Source: Chrysomallon squamiferum | Taxonomy: Eukaryota > Animalia > Mollusca | NCBI GenBank assembly: GCA_012295275.1 | Contig: CM022670.1 | Location: forward strand, 38,750,001 to 38,814,000 | Direction of reading: 5' to 3' | Length of the DNA: 64,000 bases | In this document: piece after piece, positions 15,104 through 30,571 of the stretch | Position numbering within the stretch: position 1 is the stretch's first letter | Layout of the letters: each line of letters starts with the position of its first letter | Notes under the pieces: model-generated | The model's database searches: none | What the model was told of the DNA's origin: nothing | What the model saw: only the letters and a program-made list of their open reading frames with translations | Position numbers and translations under genes: made by a program

Positions 15104-16217
15104 TATTATTATTATTTTTATTATTACTATTACTTTTTTTTTTTTTTTTATTCTTTTAATTTTTGTATCGGCGAGATTTGAAACAAAGAAACAAAAATTT
15201 CGTTTTTAATTATTTACGAAAGCAATATTGAGCGAATACGAGATATTTTATAAAAACGTATTGATTAACGTGGAAAAACGAAAAACGCACAGGCTGTCAG
15301 CGTGTGCAGCCATGCGTGAACTTGGTCTTAATGATGCGTGACCGAATAACACAGACATTTCAGAACTTTTCGTCCTCAGAGACAAAATTGGCTGCGTCTT
15401 CACTTCCAGTTTGTAGATATTTCACTTTAGAGATTTCATTTATCTTCTGTAGAAAATTAAACAGTGAGAAAAATAGAAAAAAAAAATTGAACTACGGCAT
15501 CAATAGTTAAATAGTTATTTTTTTTTTAGGAGAAAAATATAAATAAAAGAAAATAATATTATCTCTATTTTTTTTTTTTTTTTTGATTCGTTTCAGCACT
15601 GTTAAAGAAAATAATTTCACGGTCTATAAATACTGACATTTGTAACGTTTGTCAAAAAAAAGTATATATATATATATATATAATTAAATCAATTTTTAAA
15701 AAAAGAAAAAAAAAAGGAGATAAAAAAACAGTAAACTAAAGAAAAGAAAGAAATTTTACATATTTATATATAATAAACGTTAAATCTGCTATTGTTTCAA
15801 TTACTACTATTACTACTACTACTACTACTACTACTACTAATAATAATAATAATAATAACACCAATAAACACTGTAATAATAGTAATAAAAATTACAACAA
15901 TACCATCAATAAAACAGAAATAATTATAATGTCAATCTATATAAATGATCGATTGTGTGTGAAAAAAAAAAAAAGGATTAATTGCAGGTATTTTAAATTA
16001 ATTATAACAACAAATGTCACTGAAGCTTATTATGTGTAAAAAGTTTAGGCGTAATTTTCAAGCAGATCGTTAAATTTGATCGATTTCGTTTCATGTTACT
16101 ATATCGCCTTTAACAATTATAGACTATTATAAATATTACTCTATTTTCTAAACTACAACACAGGTGTTTTTATGCTTATGTAAATTGTGTGTGCAATTAA
16201 GAAGAAAGATGGTAAGA

Positions 16218-16221
<4 letters not shown>

Positions 16222-16252
<31 letters not shown>

Positions 16253-16506
16253 TGTATGTATGTATGTATGTATGTATGTATGTATGTATGTATGTATGTG
16301 TGTATGAAAGTATGTATGTATGTATGTATGCATGTATGTATGTATGTATGTATGTATGTATGTGTGTATGTATGTATGTATGTATGATGTATGCATGTAT
16401 GCATGTATGTATGTATGTGTGTGTGTATGTATGTATGTGTGTATGAAAGTATGTATGTATGTATGCATGTATGCATGTATGTATGTCTGTATGTATGTAT
16501 GTATGT
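16222..16506 (+). repeat. (TATG)n microsatellite
   Basis: Direct inspection; it generates several spurious ORFs. Confidence 0.95.
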
Positions 16507-17284
16507 AATATCTATTATGTACGTGTGTAAATATGTCTGTGTATATGCATGTACGTATATATAAAGCATTATACGTGACTATTTATTATTTGGTATGTTT
16601 ATATTTCTGCGAGTAGTTTTTCTTTTGTCTATTTTTTTTTTTACTTCCTTTTCCTTTTTATTTATTTATTCATTTATTTATTTATTACTATTTTTAAAAG
16701 TTAATTTTAAAAATCAATTTTATATATATATATTTATATAAAAAAAAAAAAAAAAAAAAACATTTTTGTATCTTCAATTTTTTTTTTTTCTTTCCCTTAT
16801 TTCAAATTATAAGCACACATACTTAATCTAGCCCACTTATCTCGCTTTTTGCTCTGTGTAATAATACTAAATGTTCACTCCCATGCACGTGCAAATCTGT
16901 CTTCAGGCTGTCAATCAAGCATTTAAAATCAACACCCAACTGTCCTATCCCTGATAAAATGTCAGACCCACGCCTTTCTCATCCGAATCGTTTCGCCTTG
17001 ATAGTGGTTACCACATGTCGAACCGGGAACAAGATGGTTTATTTTTTCATTAGCATATCACATATTTTGCGTATATTTTTCCACATCTTAACTTGTCTAC
17101 TGTACTACCTCAACTCGACTTCCAGGTGAAGGAAATTTCCTTCATAGGTTAAATGATACGGTATTTTACCTCGCTTTTAAACAGCCATATTGAGACCAAA
17201 TTGTTTAAAAGGCTTTTTTTTTTTTTTTTTTTTTTCTGTTTAGTTTGCCCATATTGGTCTTTGACGATGACTGTTTCTACGTGA

Positions 17285-17334
<50 letters not shown>

Positions 17335-19075
17335 GTATATGTATGTATGTATATGTGTATATGTATGTGTGTGTGTGTATGTATGTATGTATGTATGTAT
17401 GTATGTATGTGTGTGTGTGTGTGTTTATATATATGTGTGTGTGTGTGTGTATTTATATATATTTGAAAATAGATTTTGCTGATTTTAATCCCAGATTTTT
17501 CTTTTCTGTTAGGTGAAAGCTTCACTCAGTAATCATTTATAATCCAGCAATGATTTAACATGGCTTTGTTTTGTTTGTTTTGTCTTCATTTTGTTATGGT
17601 ATATGAGTTTGTAAGCATGATATCTACGCTTAGCATAGGTTAAAATGTTAGATAGTTAGTTAGTAACGATAATAAAAGAAAACCTAAACTGAAGTTACTA
17701 CTCAGCAACATCGTTGTTTTGGAACTACAGCTTTGTTTTGTTTTTGTATTAACACTACCATTATATGTACGTATACGTCTTCAACTTTTGCTACCACTGT
17801 AGCAGTAAAACGTAATTTAAAATATACGGAGACAAAGGCGGGCAGTTAGTTATGTATTTATCCCAAAAATGCTTACACAAAAATACACATCAACACTTGT
17901 TGAGGGCAACATAACATGATGAGATTCAAGAAAAATAAACAACAGTCGAAATTCCGATGAAATATCCTTCAGTCGTGTGTTTTTATTTTGGTCGATCGCG
18001 TGTGAAGATGATTGATGTACCTGCAGGAATGAATGAAATCTAAACCAACAAACCTGTGGTCAAGTGTGCGGTTTGGACGATGCTGCACTTCGCATGAGGT
18101 CGCCACATTTCGCGACGTCGTAGTCGCCGGACGATGCGGCTGCACTTTGAGGAGAAAAGCGTGATAGCGATTTGTTCTTTATTGTTTGATTTGCCGAGCG
18201 TTAATTTAACACAGGCGTTTTGTTTGTGGGTGGCATCGCGTTTTCTCCAGGACGGCTTTTTGGCGTAACAAGCATTGTTGAAAGAGTGCGAATATCTACG
18301 AACACCGATAAATAAACAACAGACCCGCTTAAAATAATTCGTCCTTAGTGGCGTATTTATATATTTTGTCTTTGCGAAGAAAAGTTTAAGAGCGTGGAAA
18401 GAAAACATATATTTTGTATTTTGATGGTTAATTTTGTTAGTAACAAGTCACATAAAGGTCTACCAAGCAAATGAATTTCAGATTTCATTTAATCGGCATC
18501 AGTTAAAGATAACTGAAGCTGTTTATTAAATAGCATAACAGAGAGCTCGGGATTATGTTATCTGAGTTGTTTTGAAAAACAAGGACCTGTATACGATTAA
18601 AAATAAAAATAATAATAAAAATAAACAACCATACTTGTCAGAATCACAAATAAAAGTTGAAGCGTCTAAATTTTGTCCGTCATTAAAATTCAATGCCGCA
18701 AAATGTCAAAATACAGCTTAAAGTGTGTTGAACGGTCACTTGTTATCGTTTGGGTGGGTAATTGTCATTCTTTTGATGTCCTAGAAAAATATATTTTAAC
18801 AGAGATACTGAAGTATAATGAATAGAGTTTAATGTTACCGCAGTAGAATTCCTCTTTTAAAATAAAAATGCCGCAGTGTTTTTAAAATCATTCGTGCGGT
18901 TTTTGAAATATCGTGCCAAATGAAAAACATCTCGAAATGAACCGATTTACCATCTGAACTACCGAAAATTCATGCCACTTCAGTCGTCTTAGTGGTGCAG
19001 TGTTTTGAGAATATCTTTGTTAGCATGTTAGATAGTTAGATAGGGAAAATATAGTTTAAAGATTTTAAACGTCTG

Positions 19076-19111
<36 letters not shown>

Positions 19112-20384
19112 AGAGAGGCAGCAGTCTTACATACGATAGCTCAGCCGCTATAGGATCATGTTTGATAATTTGAAACTGTGTTTGTATTTTAGAAATATAA
19201 AATTTATTACTGTCTTTTGGTCACTCAGTACAATGAATCACACACAACGGAGTTTAATGAGTCTGTTGTACAGAACATACTGCATATATTACATATAAAG
19301 AAATACAACGTGATAATATACAAACGTTTTGTTTATTATCGTAACTAGCCCCGAGCTTTAAAACGATATCACGGTTTACACGTGCAAAATATAAATATAC
19401 ATAACCTACATGGATAAACATATGGATCTAGGCAAGTACGTTTTCCTTTAAACCCGATACCACATTCCCTGATATGAATTAAGCAAATTTACATATTTAT
19501 TATAATCTAAATACGGATCGTTCTTGTGGGTCCGCATCGCCTGTGACGTATTCAAATGGGAACATTTTTAAATGGCTCCTCCCTGAAGGGAGATTGTAAT
19601 AACGGACCATATACAGGGCGTGATGTTAATATTAAACCGATTTTGTAACTGATTTGACTTCTGCGGAACCCGAAAAAAATGTCTGAACGCTCGGGGCAGT
19701 TGTTCAATGTGTTTGTAATCGACTGGTGTCCATTTTCGCGTTACGCCGGTTACAAAAGACAAAAAGCGACTCGCGCTGGGTGGCGTCTGCATCCGACAAC
19801 AATTTTCTTGCCCCGGCTCCGAGACATTTGTCGAATGTAATCTTATAAACAAGCGATAAAATTGTCTGGTAATTCACTGCAGACTCCACGCAAGGATACA
19901 ATATCAGAATGTTCAGTTTTGAGTGCAGTCTTTTCTTCATTTCAACCTTTTAACCCCTTCTGCAGTTTAAATGTGACCTTTGCAGTCACTAATACAGTTG
20001 TGGAATGAATGTTCTGTTTTATTAATTGTATAATTGGTAATAGTCGTAGTGGTAAAACTAACAGCAACAGTATTACTAGTAATAGTGGTAGTAGTAGTAG
20101 CATTATAATAGTAATTTTAGCTGCATACGTATATGCTCGTATTTTGGTGTGTTTATATATATTTCTGTGTTTTTCTGTGTTTGCGTGTTTATATGTGAAA
20201 GTTTTAATAAACTATCTGGTAGGTTTGTTTATGTGTGAACGTTTTAATAAACTATCTGCCAGTCATCAATGCAGATATGTGAGAATTTTTCATATTTAAA
20301 TACACATTCACGTAATAGACTTTTTTTCTACGACTTTTTAAAAGCAGAAGTGCCTGGCTTCCTCAAGAAGGGTTACCCATCTCC

Positions 20385-20415
<31 letters not shown>

Positions 20416-21365
20416 CAGATTCATTTTCTCACAAACTAATACGTCTGTGACTTTTCTTCCGCCATTTGTGAAAACACCGGCACCAGAAAACATTTTCGCT
20501 CCACTTGATCTAAAATTCTACATCTTAACTAGAATTTCCAAGACTTTTCCCTGGAGACTTCGCTTTTCTTTTGTTTTGTTTTAAAAGCAGTATCACTTTT
20601 TTTCTTCTTCTTCTTCTTCTTTTCCTAATTTTTTTTGTTTCCAATGTATGGCCAACACATTTAGTGAAGAGCTTTTTTTCGGGGGAGGGGGAACATTTTA
20701 GAAATTTTTTTTTTTTCTTCTTTTTTTTTTTTTCCTCCAATTCTGAATACAAAGAAGTGAAATGAGCAAGCTGTGTTTTACACCGCGGGAAAAATGTCAG
20801 TGAATCTTATTGTGTAGTAGGAAACAACACGAAAGCGTATCTTCTGAGTATCTCGTATCAGAGTGTTTCTTATATTGATACTCATTGTATCCCTGGTGTA
20901 CTGGAAACTGTTGTCAGAGCATCAGTGGTGTGTACACATCTATTTATGAATACTGCTGGAGGTTTGAAACGCGACTATGCGAAATCTGAATGTATTTGAT
21001 GTTTATTTTTTTCTTCTTTGAATTTCATTTATTTATTTATTTAAAATTTATTTATTTATTTAAAAATTATTTATCAATTTTATACAGGGTAAGGTGAATA
21101 CCTGCTGTTTTATTTATTTATTAATTTATTGATTTATTTATTTATTCATTCATTTTTTATTTTTTTTTTTTTTTGTTTTTTGTTTTTGTTTGAATATTTA
21201 TTTATCTATTTAATGACTGATCTCTTAGTTATGTTTTGTTATGGTTTATTTTTTCATATATTTATATTTTTGCTTGTTTGTATTTTCTTTTTGGTGCTCT
21301 TTCAATTCATATTGAAAATATCAGCTTATTTGGTTCTTTTATATTTCTTACACTGACCTTCAACT

Positions 21366-21396
<31 letters not shown>

Positions 21397-22400
21397 CTTC
21401 TTATTTTTGTCCCAGTTTATGTTAAAATACTTTTTAATTTGATCACGACATTTTTTAGTGTTATTTTTTTTGTAAGCTCCCTTTTGATTGGTCCGCTAAA
21501 AATAGACTGTTGGCCATAGTGACATACTAATGCGATAGAAAATTAGTACACCCTGAAATGTGACGTTTGATTATAATCAGCTTGATACATTTGACAGATA
21601 GATATCTTAACATGGACGCGTAACATTAACATCGTTATCGTCTGGGTTACATTTGTGTAACTGTATGCAGGTGGGACGGATTTCTAAATAAAAAAAAAAA
21701 AAAAAAATTATCTAAATAAAAAAAACGAAAGATTGAAACTGTGTTGCAAAAGGAAAAGGGCAAACCAAACGAAAAAAAAAAAAAAAAAAAAAAAATGTGC
21801 ATATCTTTATAAATATACCAACTTCAACCATATGGTTTTAATTTCCTCTTCAATTTTTTTTTTTTTCTTCTTCTTTTCTTCTTCTTCTTCCTTTATTTTG
21901 AATATGTATTTTTTTATATATTCATATCTGTATTCAGACTGTATGTGAAATCTAAACCGTGCATCTTCAAATGATGCACCCTTCCGTCGTGTTGTTTACG
22001 AATTTTGACAAAACACGACTAGGATAACATAATTTGAGACCAAAAGCGCCCTCTACTGAGGGAACGGTTGGCGATAGCGGTTTTCTGATGGTTAATTTTG
22101 AGATAGAGGACTCACCCTCTGACATAGTGTGTATTTCCCGCGGTTGCCGTTCAGCAGCCAAGCTAAACTAATGTCTGATAAAGAGGAAATCCTATAGGCC
22201 TCTTTTTTTCATTTCTTTCTACGAATTGCAGAAATCATTTATATTGTTTATGTTTGTGATAACAGTTGCTCGATTTCCAAATGAGACTGAAAATAGAATT
22301 CTTTCATAGCTGCAGCCAAATTATCAGAAAATAAAATCATCGGTTGAGTACTGTGATTTTTTTTATTTAGTTTGTTATTTTTAATGACTTTTCCCTCCCT

Positions 22401-22450
<50 letters not shown>

Positions 22451-22616
22451 GGAGGGGGGAATTTTTTTTAAAGTTTTTGTTAATGTCATGCTTTCATTTT
22501 GTGCAGTTTGTCAGAAATGATTATCATCAGATAGTCCAATTTATTACTGCTGTTTGTTTCTTCCTGCTTTAACATAGCCTTAGTTATTTTATTTGCTTTT
22601 ATATATATATATATTG

Positions 22617-22662
<46 letters not shown>

Positions 22663-23507
22663 TGACTATTTGAAAAGAAACATCAGTAGCTATTCAAGTG
22701 TCCTAATTCAAAATTATTTCCTTGCCATACTAAGCAAAATAAAAAATACAGAAAATACATAAAGAGGAATAATTTTAATCTATAGAATGATATTTTAATA
22801 TCTCTACAAGGACGTCGTTTACTTAATTCAGCTATCATCCTACCAATACAGAGACGTATTTTGTTTATGAGATGAGAATCTGTTAGCCATTTATTCTCCT
22901 CGGCTCTGGTATCATGTCGACATGGCGTTTCAACAACATGAAACGACGAGAAGAGACCGGGGATTATTTGTGTCCGTAGTTTTCAAGCGCAGACGTGTGT
23001 GTTGCAGGGCTTGTAATAATAACCATGGAAGGAAAACGTCTTCCAAACATTCGACTCTCATCCGGTCCGCTACTTTGAATGCAAAGTATTATGTCGCCTC
23101 GATGTCTCCTGATCCGTGTGTCTAATTTGCGAGATATCTCAAATCTGCGGCCCCTCTGTTGATCTCTCCGTCCAGAAAATATTGTGTTTAGACCTTTGTT
23201 ACATATTTAATTTCCTCCCTCCACATGGCGCTTCATTCAAAATATGTCTCGTCTGTCGGAGGATTACCGAACAATTCATTTGTTTATTTATACCTCTTTT
23301 TTTCTATCATTTTTTTTTTTTTTTTTCATTTCAGATTGGACGAAAAAAAAAAAAAAAAAAAATCCCTCCAAAGAATGCAGAACTGATTAAATAAAGCTCG
23401 CTATCTTTTTTTGTCCCGGCCAACAATTAACCAGCAAGAAATGTAACTTCTGACAGCGCTTCGAAGAAAATAATGGCAATCGATGTCGAGGAAGACTGCG
23501 TCTAGAA

Positions 23508-23834
23508 ATGAACAACTCGTCCACGGGCCTCCCAGCCCAGCACCGCGAACAGACAAGCGAAACGCATCAAATGGGAGAGTTGTTTTACATCGTCGCGTTT
23601 ATCTCGATTTATATGTCGTTGATTTTCCTCCTCGTGATAAAGCATATCAGATCGAAAAGGGACGACTACTCGAGGAATTCGTACACGTACCAGCCGCTTG
23701 CCACGCTGGACGATTCCGCCGATAAACCAGACGGGCGAACGCAGAAAGCAGACGAAACTTGGAAGCGGGCAGACGTGGTCGGTTTTAGCAAAGTGAAATG
23801 GATTCCGTGTTTGAGGCGGGAAACGCGGCTGTAA
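23508..23834 (+). CDS. KCNE/MinK-like single-pass membrane protein 1 (108 aa), intronless CDS
   Basis: GC-rich ORF with N-terminal sequons (NNS/NSS), no cleavable signal peptide, one TM segment LFYIVAFISIYMSLIFLLVI followed by KHIRSKR (KCNE1 has SYIRSKK). C-terminus ETRL. Strong acceptor (poly-T...tttcag, 23334) upstream of the ATG. Confidence 0.75.
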   Translation: MNNSSTGLPAQHREQTSETHQMGELFYIVAFISIYMSLIFLLVIKHIRSKRDDYSRNSYTYQPLATLDDSADKPDGRTQKADETWKRADVVGFSKVKWIPCLRRETRL

Positions 23835-24186
23835 ATCATACATCTTTAATAACTCTTTGATGCTCGGAGTGGTCCATCAGCTAATCTGACGCCTTGCTTT
23901 GCTGAGAGATAGAAATCTGCGTGCAAATGTTAAACAAGACCTTTCATGTGTGAAATATGAATCTCCATTAGAAATTCGTGTTGTAAGAACGTGTAAACTG
24001 CAGCCGACAGTAGAGATGTCTATCAAACATTGAAGCCTGGTTTATTGAATTTGATATCATGAAGACGTGTGAAGATAGATATTAGAGTAAATTTATACAT
24101 TTAATGCATATTTAGAATTCACGCAGAATGCTGCAAAAACCCCAAGTAGTATTTCTTTACATTCCCGTATATTTCATTGTATTTAC

Positions 24187-24229
<43 letters not shown>

Positions 24230-24621
24230 CACATACATATGTCAGTTAGTTATTTTATAGTGTATATTTATAAACATTTCAAAATATTTGTAAAAATTTG
24301 ATTCATACGATAGTATACCTTCCTAATGACTGACTTTTTATGATTTCCGTTTCATTAAAAATTTATTTATTTTTGTTTTACTGACAACTGTGTGATGTCA
24401 CGAAACAAAAGAAGAAATGCGTTTTATTGTTAGCAAAGGTTTTCGTAAGGACCAATGAAATAGTCGCAATAATGTTATGAACTAACAATGTAGAAGAAAT
24501 CAGTAATAATTATTATTTTCATCATTGTTAATTTTATTTATTTAAATCTGTCATGCTATAACTTGTATTAACAATCAATAAACTATTACAAGTGATAACC
24601 GCCTGTCTCTTTGATAGCAGT

Positions 24622-24623
<2 letters not shown>

Positions 24624-24698
<75 letters not shown>

Positions 24699-24699
24699 T

Positions 24700-24747
<48 letters not shown>

Positions 24748-24879
24748 ATTCACTTTCGATCTCTCTCTCTCTATCACTCTCTCTCTATCTCTCTCTCGCT
24801 CTCTATCTCCCTCGATCTCTCTCAGTCTCTCTTTCTTTCTCTCTCTCAGACACTATCTGTTTCTCTCACATCTCTCTCT

Positions 24880-24923
<44 letters not shown>

Positions 24924-24928
24924 CTCTC
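24624..24928 (+). repeat. Long imperfect (CT)n tract
   Basis: Direct inspection. Confidence 0.95.
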
Positions 24929-25376
24929 CCCCCCAGGGGAATCAAATCGTGTCATTAGTTTTATTGCAGAAAAGCAATAAATTTCGAGATTAGTATAAAA
25001 CACCATTGCCTTATTTATTACTGGCTCTGTTTATCATTTAATACTTGGCCTCCTTTTCTCCTCACATCTTGTGTAATATTAATTAACCGTTCTATTCGCT
25101 GTATGCAATCTTGTCTTCCTGTTCTACGTGTATCTCGTATAATCTGTGTACCTTGTTAATCGCATCGAGGGAGTCGAACGTATTCAGGATATTACTTTGC
25201 TTTCTTGAACTATTGATTGCTTCAAATAAACCTTACTGACAAGGCAATAGATCTTTGGATCTATAGAGGTCCTGGAGGACTAGGCAGATGTCAAACTGTT
25301 CCGTTATTTTCTCAAAGGTTTTAAGTGAAAATTGATTACTGAGATTTTTTTGAATTCTTGTTAAGGATGCTTTATT

Positions 25377-25411
<35 letters not shown>

Positions 25412-25604
25412 TAGTTGTAATAACTGCAATAAAAAAATTAAAAAAAACAGGAACAGCAAAACAACAACAACAACAACAGTAATAATGATGATGATGATGA
25501 TGATGATGGTAATGTTGATGATGGTAATGAGGAAGATGGTGATAATTATAATAATGATAATAATAATAATATTAATAATAATAGAAGACGAAGAAGAAGA
25601 AGAA

Positions 25605-25637
<33 letters not shown>

Positions 25638-25783
25638 CAAGTAAAAGAAACAGAAATGGATAATAGAATACGTTATTCTCTTCTCTACTTCAGTTATTCG
25701 TCTGTATCAGTTTATTTTAAAATATATTTTGGCGAAGGTATTAAAATTTGTGCTAAATATTGCTTAATTTATAAGCCAAACAG

Positions 25784-25884
<101 letters not shown>

Positions 25885-26038
25885 ATTGATATTATAAGTA
25901 CGTAGAGTATTGATTTTTTCTGCAAATGTTATTTTATTTTACTTTTTATATATTCTATTTATCTCTTTTTTCTATACATAATGGTGTTTTCCATGCTGAC
26001 AATATTAAGTGCATTATAAATTAATGTATATACAAAGA

Positions 26039-26085
<47 letters not shown>

Positions 26086-26165
26086 ACAAGTAAATAAATA
26101 AATAAATAAAATATATTAATAATACTTATTAATATTATTATATTAATCATAATATTAGTAACAAT

Positions 26166-26198
<33 letters not shown>

Positions 26199-27216
26199 GT
26201 GTTTGTGTGTGTGTGTGTGTGTGTGGTGAGTGTGTGTAGGGGGTTACACAATCTGTAAATAAATAATTAGGTTGGCGAACCTGTTGGAGTCACGCAGATC
26301 GATCGAATCCGCGTACAGAACTCAACACATACAAATAAGTTTTAATATCTGACATTACAAACGGATTCCTCTCACAAACGCACTGGGCAAAAGCGGCAAA
26401 ACCGCGTGTACTCCGTGACAGTAGGAAAAAAAAGAAATAGCTTTCAAAATGTCAGAATAGCTGGCGAATAAAGCCAGCATGCTAGAACTGAAGACTCGCC
26501 GGTGGGCAGGCGTGTTTGTACGAGGGAAACAAGGTTTATGTATACACAGAAAATTATTCTTCATTCACCGCTGATGGTTCAGCTTTTTCTGATGTGAACA
26601 GGAATGCCTGCACCAATCGGACAAGTGTTCGCCGTTACTCCTGATAGACAGAACGGCAAAATGTCATTTCATAATGTTACCCTTGGTGCTGAGAAGCTGA
26701 CACAAAGCGAAACCAGAACTGGATTTAACGCAGATAAAGTGACAAGAAACAAGTCAGCTTGTTCGTCCACCCATAATCCCGTGATGACGTCTGCTGTATC
26801 CGTAAACGATTCAGCGAAACACGTGCGTGTTTTTAAACAAACCGAACATGAGATGATGTTTCGAAAATACAGATCTGCAAAACAAAACGTTTAAAGATTA
26901 TGTGGGTGTGGTTAATTATATTTTTATTTTTTTTTTTTTTTTTTTGATGTTGGCACCGATGGGGAAATGTTCGCTACATGCCAGTCATGGTCACAGTTTC
27001 TGATTTAGCCTGGCTAAAGAGTTCCGTGTGCTGCAGATTTAGTGTTAAGAGTTATTGTTTTGTTTAGTGTCTGTGTCTTTGTTGTTTACGTTTTTCTCGT
27101 TAAGAATGATGGTAAACGAAAATGGAACAAGAACTGGAAAAAAGAATTTTTTTAAAAAAAAAAAAAAATGAGAATTTAAAAAATTTTTATATATTATATA
27201 TATATATATATATATA

Positions 27217-27247
<31 letters not shown>

Positions 27248-27448
27248 TATAAATAAATAAATAAATAAACCTTAACTATAATCATAAAGCATAATTAAAA
27301 AGCACTCTATATTAGTGAAGAATATATATATATTTTTTTATTATTATACCAAAAAATTTTGTTATTTGATTAGATCAAAGATCTCATTCTCTCAGTTCTT
27401 TTTCTCTCCATTTTCTGATGATCTCTCTCTCTCCCCTCTCTCTGTCTG

Positions 27449-27526
<78 letters not shown>

Positions 27527-27780
27527 CCTGTCCAACGAAATCTCAAAAAATAAAAGGACAACCCCCCCCCCCCCCCCCCGCCACCAGCACTGGTATACAC
27601 TATACAACTTTAATCGTCTCTGTATTCAAAGTATTTTTTTTTTTTTTTTTTTTTTTCCAACGTAAGCCTGACATTCGTTCAGAGAGAGAGAGAGTAAAGG
27701 TTGCAAATCAATGCAAAGACGTCTGAGTGATGCTGTGACTGTAGTATCTCTGGTGTTAAAACTCTAATTATGTGTTATCA

Positions 27781-27877
27781 GCGAGTCCAGGGTAAAAACC
27801 GTCTGACGCTTTTTCGTGACGTCCTCGCGACATGCAGCAGACGAGAAGAGAAGCGCGCGACAACAGGACGAGTGAAG
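27781..27877 (+). other. Probable non-coding 5' exon / promoter of KCNE-like gene 2
   Basis: CpG-rich segment with a CRE-like TGACGTC, ending in a good donor (gaag|gtaatt, 27877). Candidate acceptors lie at 30762 and 30778, upstream of the ORF at 30976. Confidence 0.4.
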
Positions 27878-27962
27878 GTAATTTTCACTTGTTTCTAAAC
27901 GTTAAAATAGCAATAGAAGTATATGTATCGTTAGTTTACTTTTATAGGTAATATAATGTATA

Positions 27963-28063
<101 letters not shown>

Positions 28064-29134
28064 ATATTTTCAAACACACATAAACACACACACACATTCG
28101 TACACATACATATATAAATGTTGAGATTAAATTGATAAATTGTTTTTTATTGCATGTTGTTGTTTTTTTTTGTTTTTTTAATTTATTTTACATTATTTTA
28201 TTTTGTTTTATTTTATTTATTTATTTATTTATTTTAAATATTTTATTTTATTTTATTTTATTTTATTTACTGGTTATTACAAATTGTGAAATTTTGATTA
28301 CATTGTTACACGTATACATGGTGTATAGGTAAAAAAAAAAAATTATATATATCTTTTTCACATCTTAAAAACTGGATCATCAGTATAATTTCTTTAATTC
28401 AAAAGCAGAACTCATTGATTAAAAGAGCTATATAGAACATAGGAAAATATACTTTTCACTCAGAAACAGAGAAAATATAAATAAGATACTTAAATCCTAA
28501 AAACATGCTAACAATGTATTTTAATGAATGAAATTTATTGTATAATATTAGTTTAAAAATAGTTGATAAATACAATATTTTTTGATCGCTATTATGACTA
28601 GTTCAGTTATTATTAATGTTATATTTTACTAGTGTTATGAAATATAATAATACCAGTAAAAAAAGTACTAGTCATAAAAAGAAGGAAGAAATATTTACAG
28701 CGAATGAAAACAGAATTTAATTAGCAAACATTAGATAACACACGCAGTACTCAATGTGTCATACACATCTGTTCAAATTCTCGTGCGTACTAATGTATAA
28801 ACAGATACTGACATAATATACGCCCATAGACCATTACACACAAAAATCACATTCTGAACCAGCTCGGACACACACTTGTTTATGCATAGTCAAACACATT
28901 CAAACACAAGCGATGTTGATCGATATACAACTACATATTCACACACATACCTGTATAAGTACATACACAAATGTACACAAATATATATATACAAACATAC
29001 ATATATAAACATACCTAATATACCAGAACATATATTCACACATTAAAATACATATAAACATACACATACAGATATACGTACGTACCATACATACATACAT
29101 ACATACATACATACATACATACATACATACAAAT

Positions 29135-29193
<59 letters not shown>

Positions 29194-30470
29194 AACATAC
29201 TAGTATATATTATCGCACATAACACACACATACATATTCATTCAGACATAGACATACCAATACATTAAACATACATTCACATTACAAACATGCACAAAAT
29301 GGGCTGTTGCCTAGTGACGTGTCCTGTTTGTTTCCAATTTGAACATTGCTCCAGGAATGTTGTGTAGCCCTAAGACACAATGCAAAGTGTTTTCACCTGC
29401 AGAAGCTACTTTTGATCTTTTGTTTGTCTCAGAAATTCGCGGATCTTGAGAAAGAGAACAGAGTTTAGTTTTGTTACAAGCGCTGGGAGGAGCCAACCCG
29501 TTAAGCTGATTTCACAAAGGGAAGCTTTCTCCTACAATTCTTCGTCGCGTTCGTTTGGCGCCACTTGTACCTGAAACGGGTAAAATTCTGTTTCTGCATC
29601 TTATTACCATCACTGGAAGCCAGGAACAGTATACTCTTGTCAATGGATGTATTTTAGTACGTTCAATGTGGCTCGCACGTGTTCGTTTTTGTTTAAGTGT
29701 AATTATTCGTTGTTTGTTACGAACTGACATGATATCTGGCTTGGCGTGGTGATTTTGATATGGCATATATTAAAAAGATTATCATGTATTTACAATTTAA
29801 TATTTTTAAATATTGGTAAAACATTAAAATGCTAATGGAAAGACTTAATACATTCCTTCAGTCTATTCACCGAATCCTTAATGCCAAATATTCACTGTGC
29901 CTTTTTTTAAAGTTTCGTTTATTATTTTGGATAAGTTGCAGATATATAACATGTTAACTCACATATTCCAACATTATCAGTAGGAAAAACGTAACTGATT
30001 TGAACGTTAAATATTAAATCTCTCATCTTTAAATCTATTCCAACAGCTACAGATTATTTCAGTTTTCTGTTTATTAATGCGATTTAAACCAACAGGATAT
30101 TAGCAGCTTCTGATATGTGAATTTAAATATTTAGGGTGTTCGTTTTGAAAGTTTAACAAAACTGTTTGTCAAAAGCTGTAAATCGTGATTGTGAAATAAG
30201 TCTGTGTATTCAGTTCTTGTATTCAGTAACTCGTGATAGTAAACAAGTGACTAAAAGTTTGTTGTTTTTTCTTTTAGTTTTGAAACACACACACACACAT
30301 TATTTTATAGTATTGTGGATCGATGGAATTTTTTAAACCATTTATGTTAAGGTTTCTCTTTCTTATTTAAATTTAAAAAAAAAATAAAAATTGCTTTTTC
30401 TTTTTGCTGTTGTTTTTGTTTTGTTTTGTTTTTTTTTTTTGTTTTGTTTTGTTTGTTTTTTTACTTTTCT

Positions 30471-30523
30471 GCGGCCATTAAACACTAATATGTTAAAAAT
30501 TAATCTATGTACCGAAATAAATT

Positions 30524-30530
<7 letters not shown>
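30471..30530 (+). repeat. Dispersed repeat fragment (SINE-tail-like), copy 1
   Basis: gcggccattaaacactaatatg...aaaattaatctatgtaccgaaataaattattatt is similar to 31512-31580 and ends in an ATT/ATTT microsatellite. Confidence 0.55.

Positions 30531-30571
<41 letters not shown>

Noticed and set aside
18040-18408. 122-aa minus-strand ORF
   Set aside because: No recognisable motif or splice context; more likely regulatory DNA.
20189-20260. Short local tandem duplications (also ~6625-6690 and ~37585-37685)
   Set aside because: Ordinary two-copy slippage duplications with no further structure.
26604-26894. 96-aa ORF between the two KCNE-like genes (third paralogue?)
   Set aside because: No TM segment and no similarity to the neighbours; not supportable as coding.
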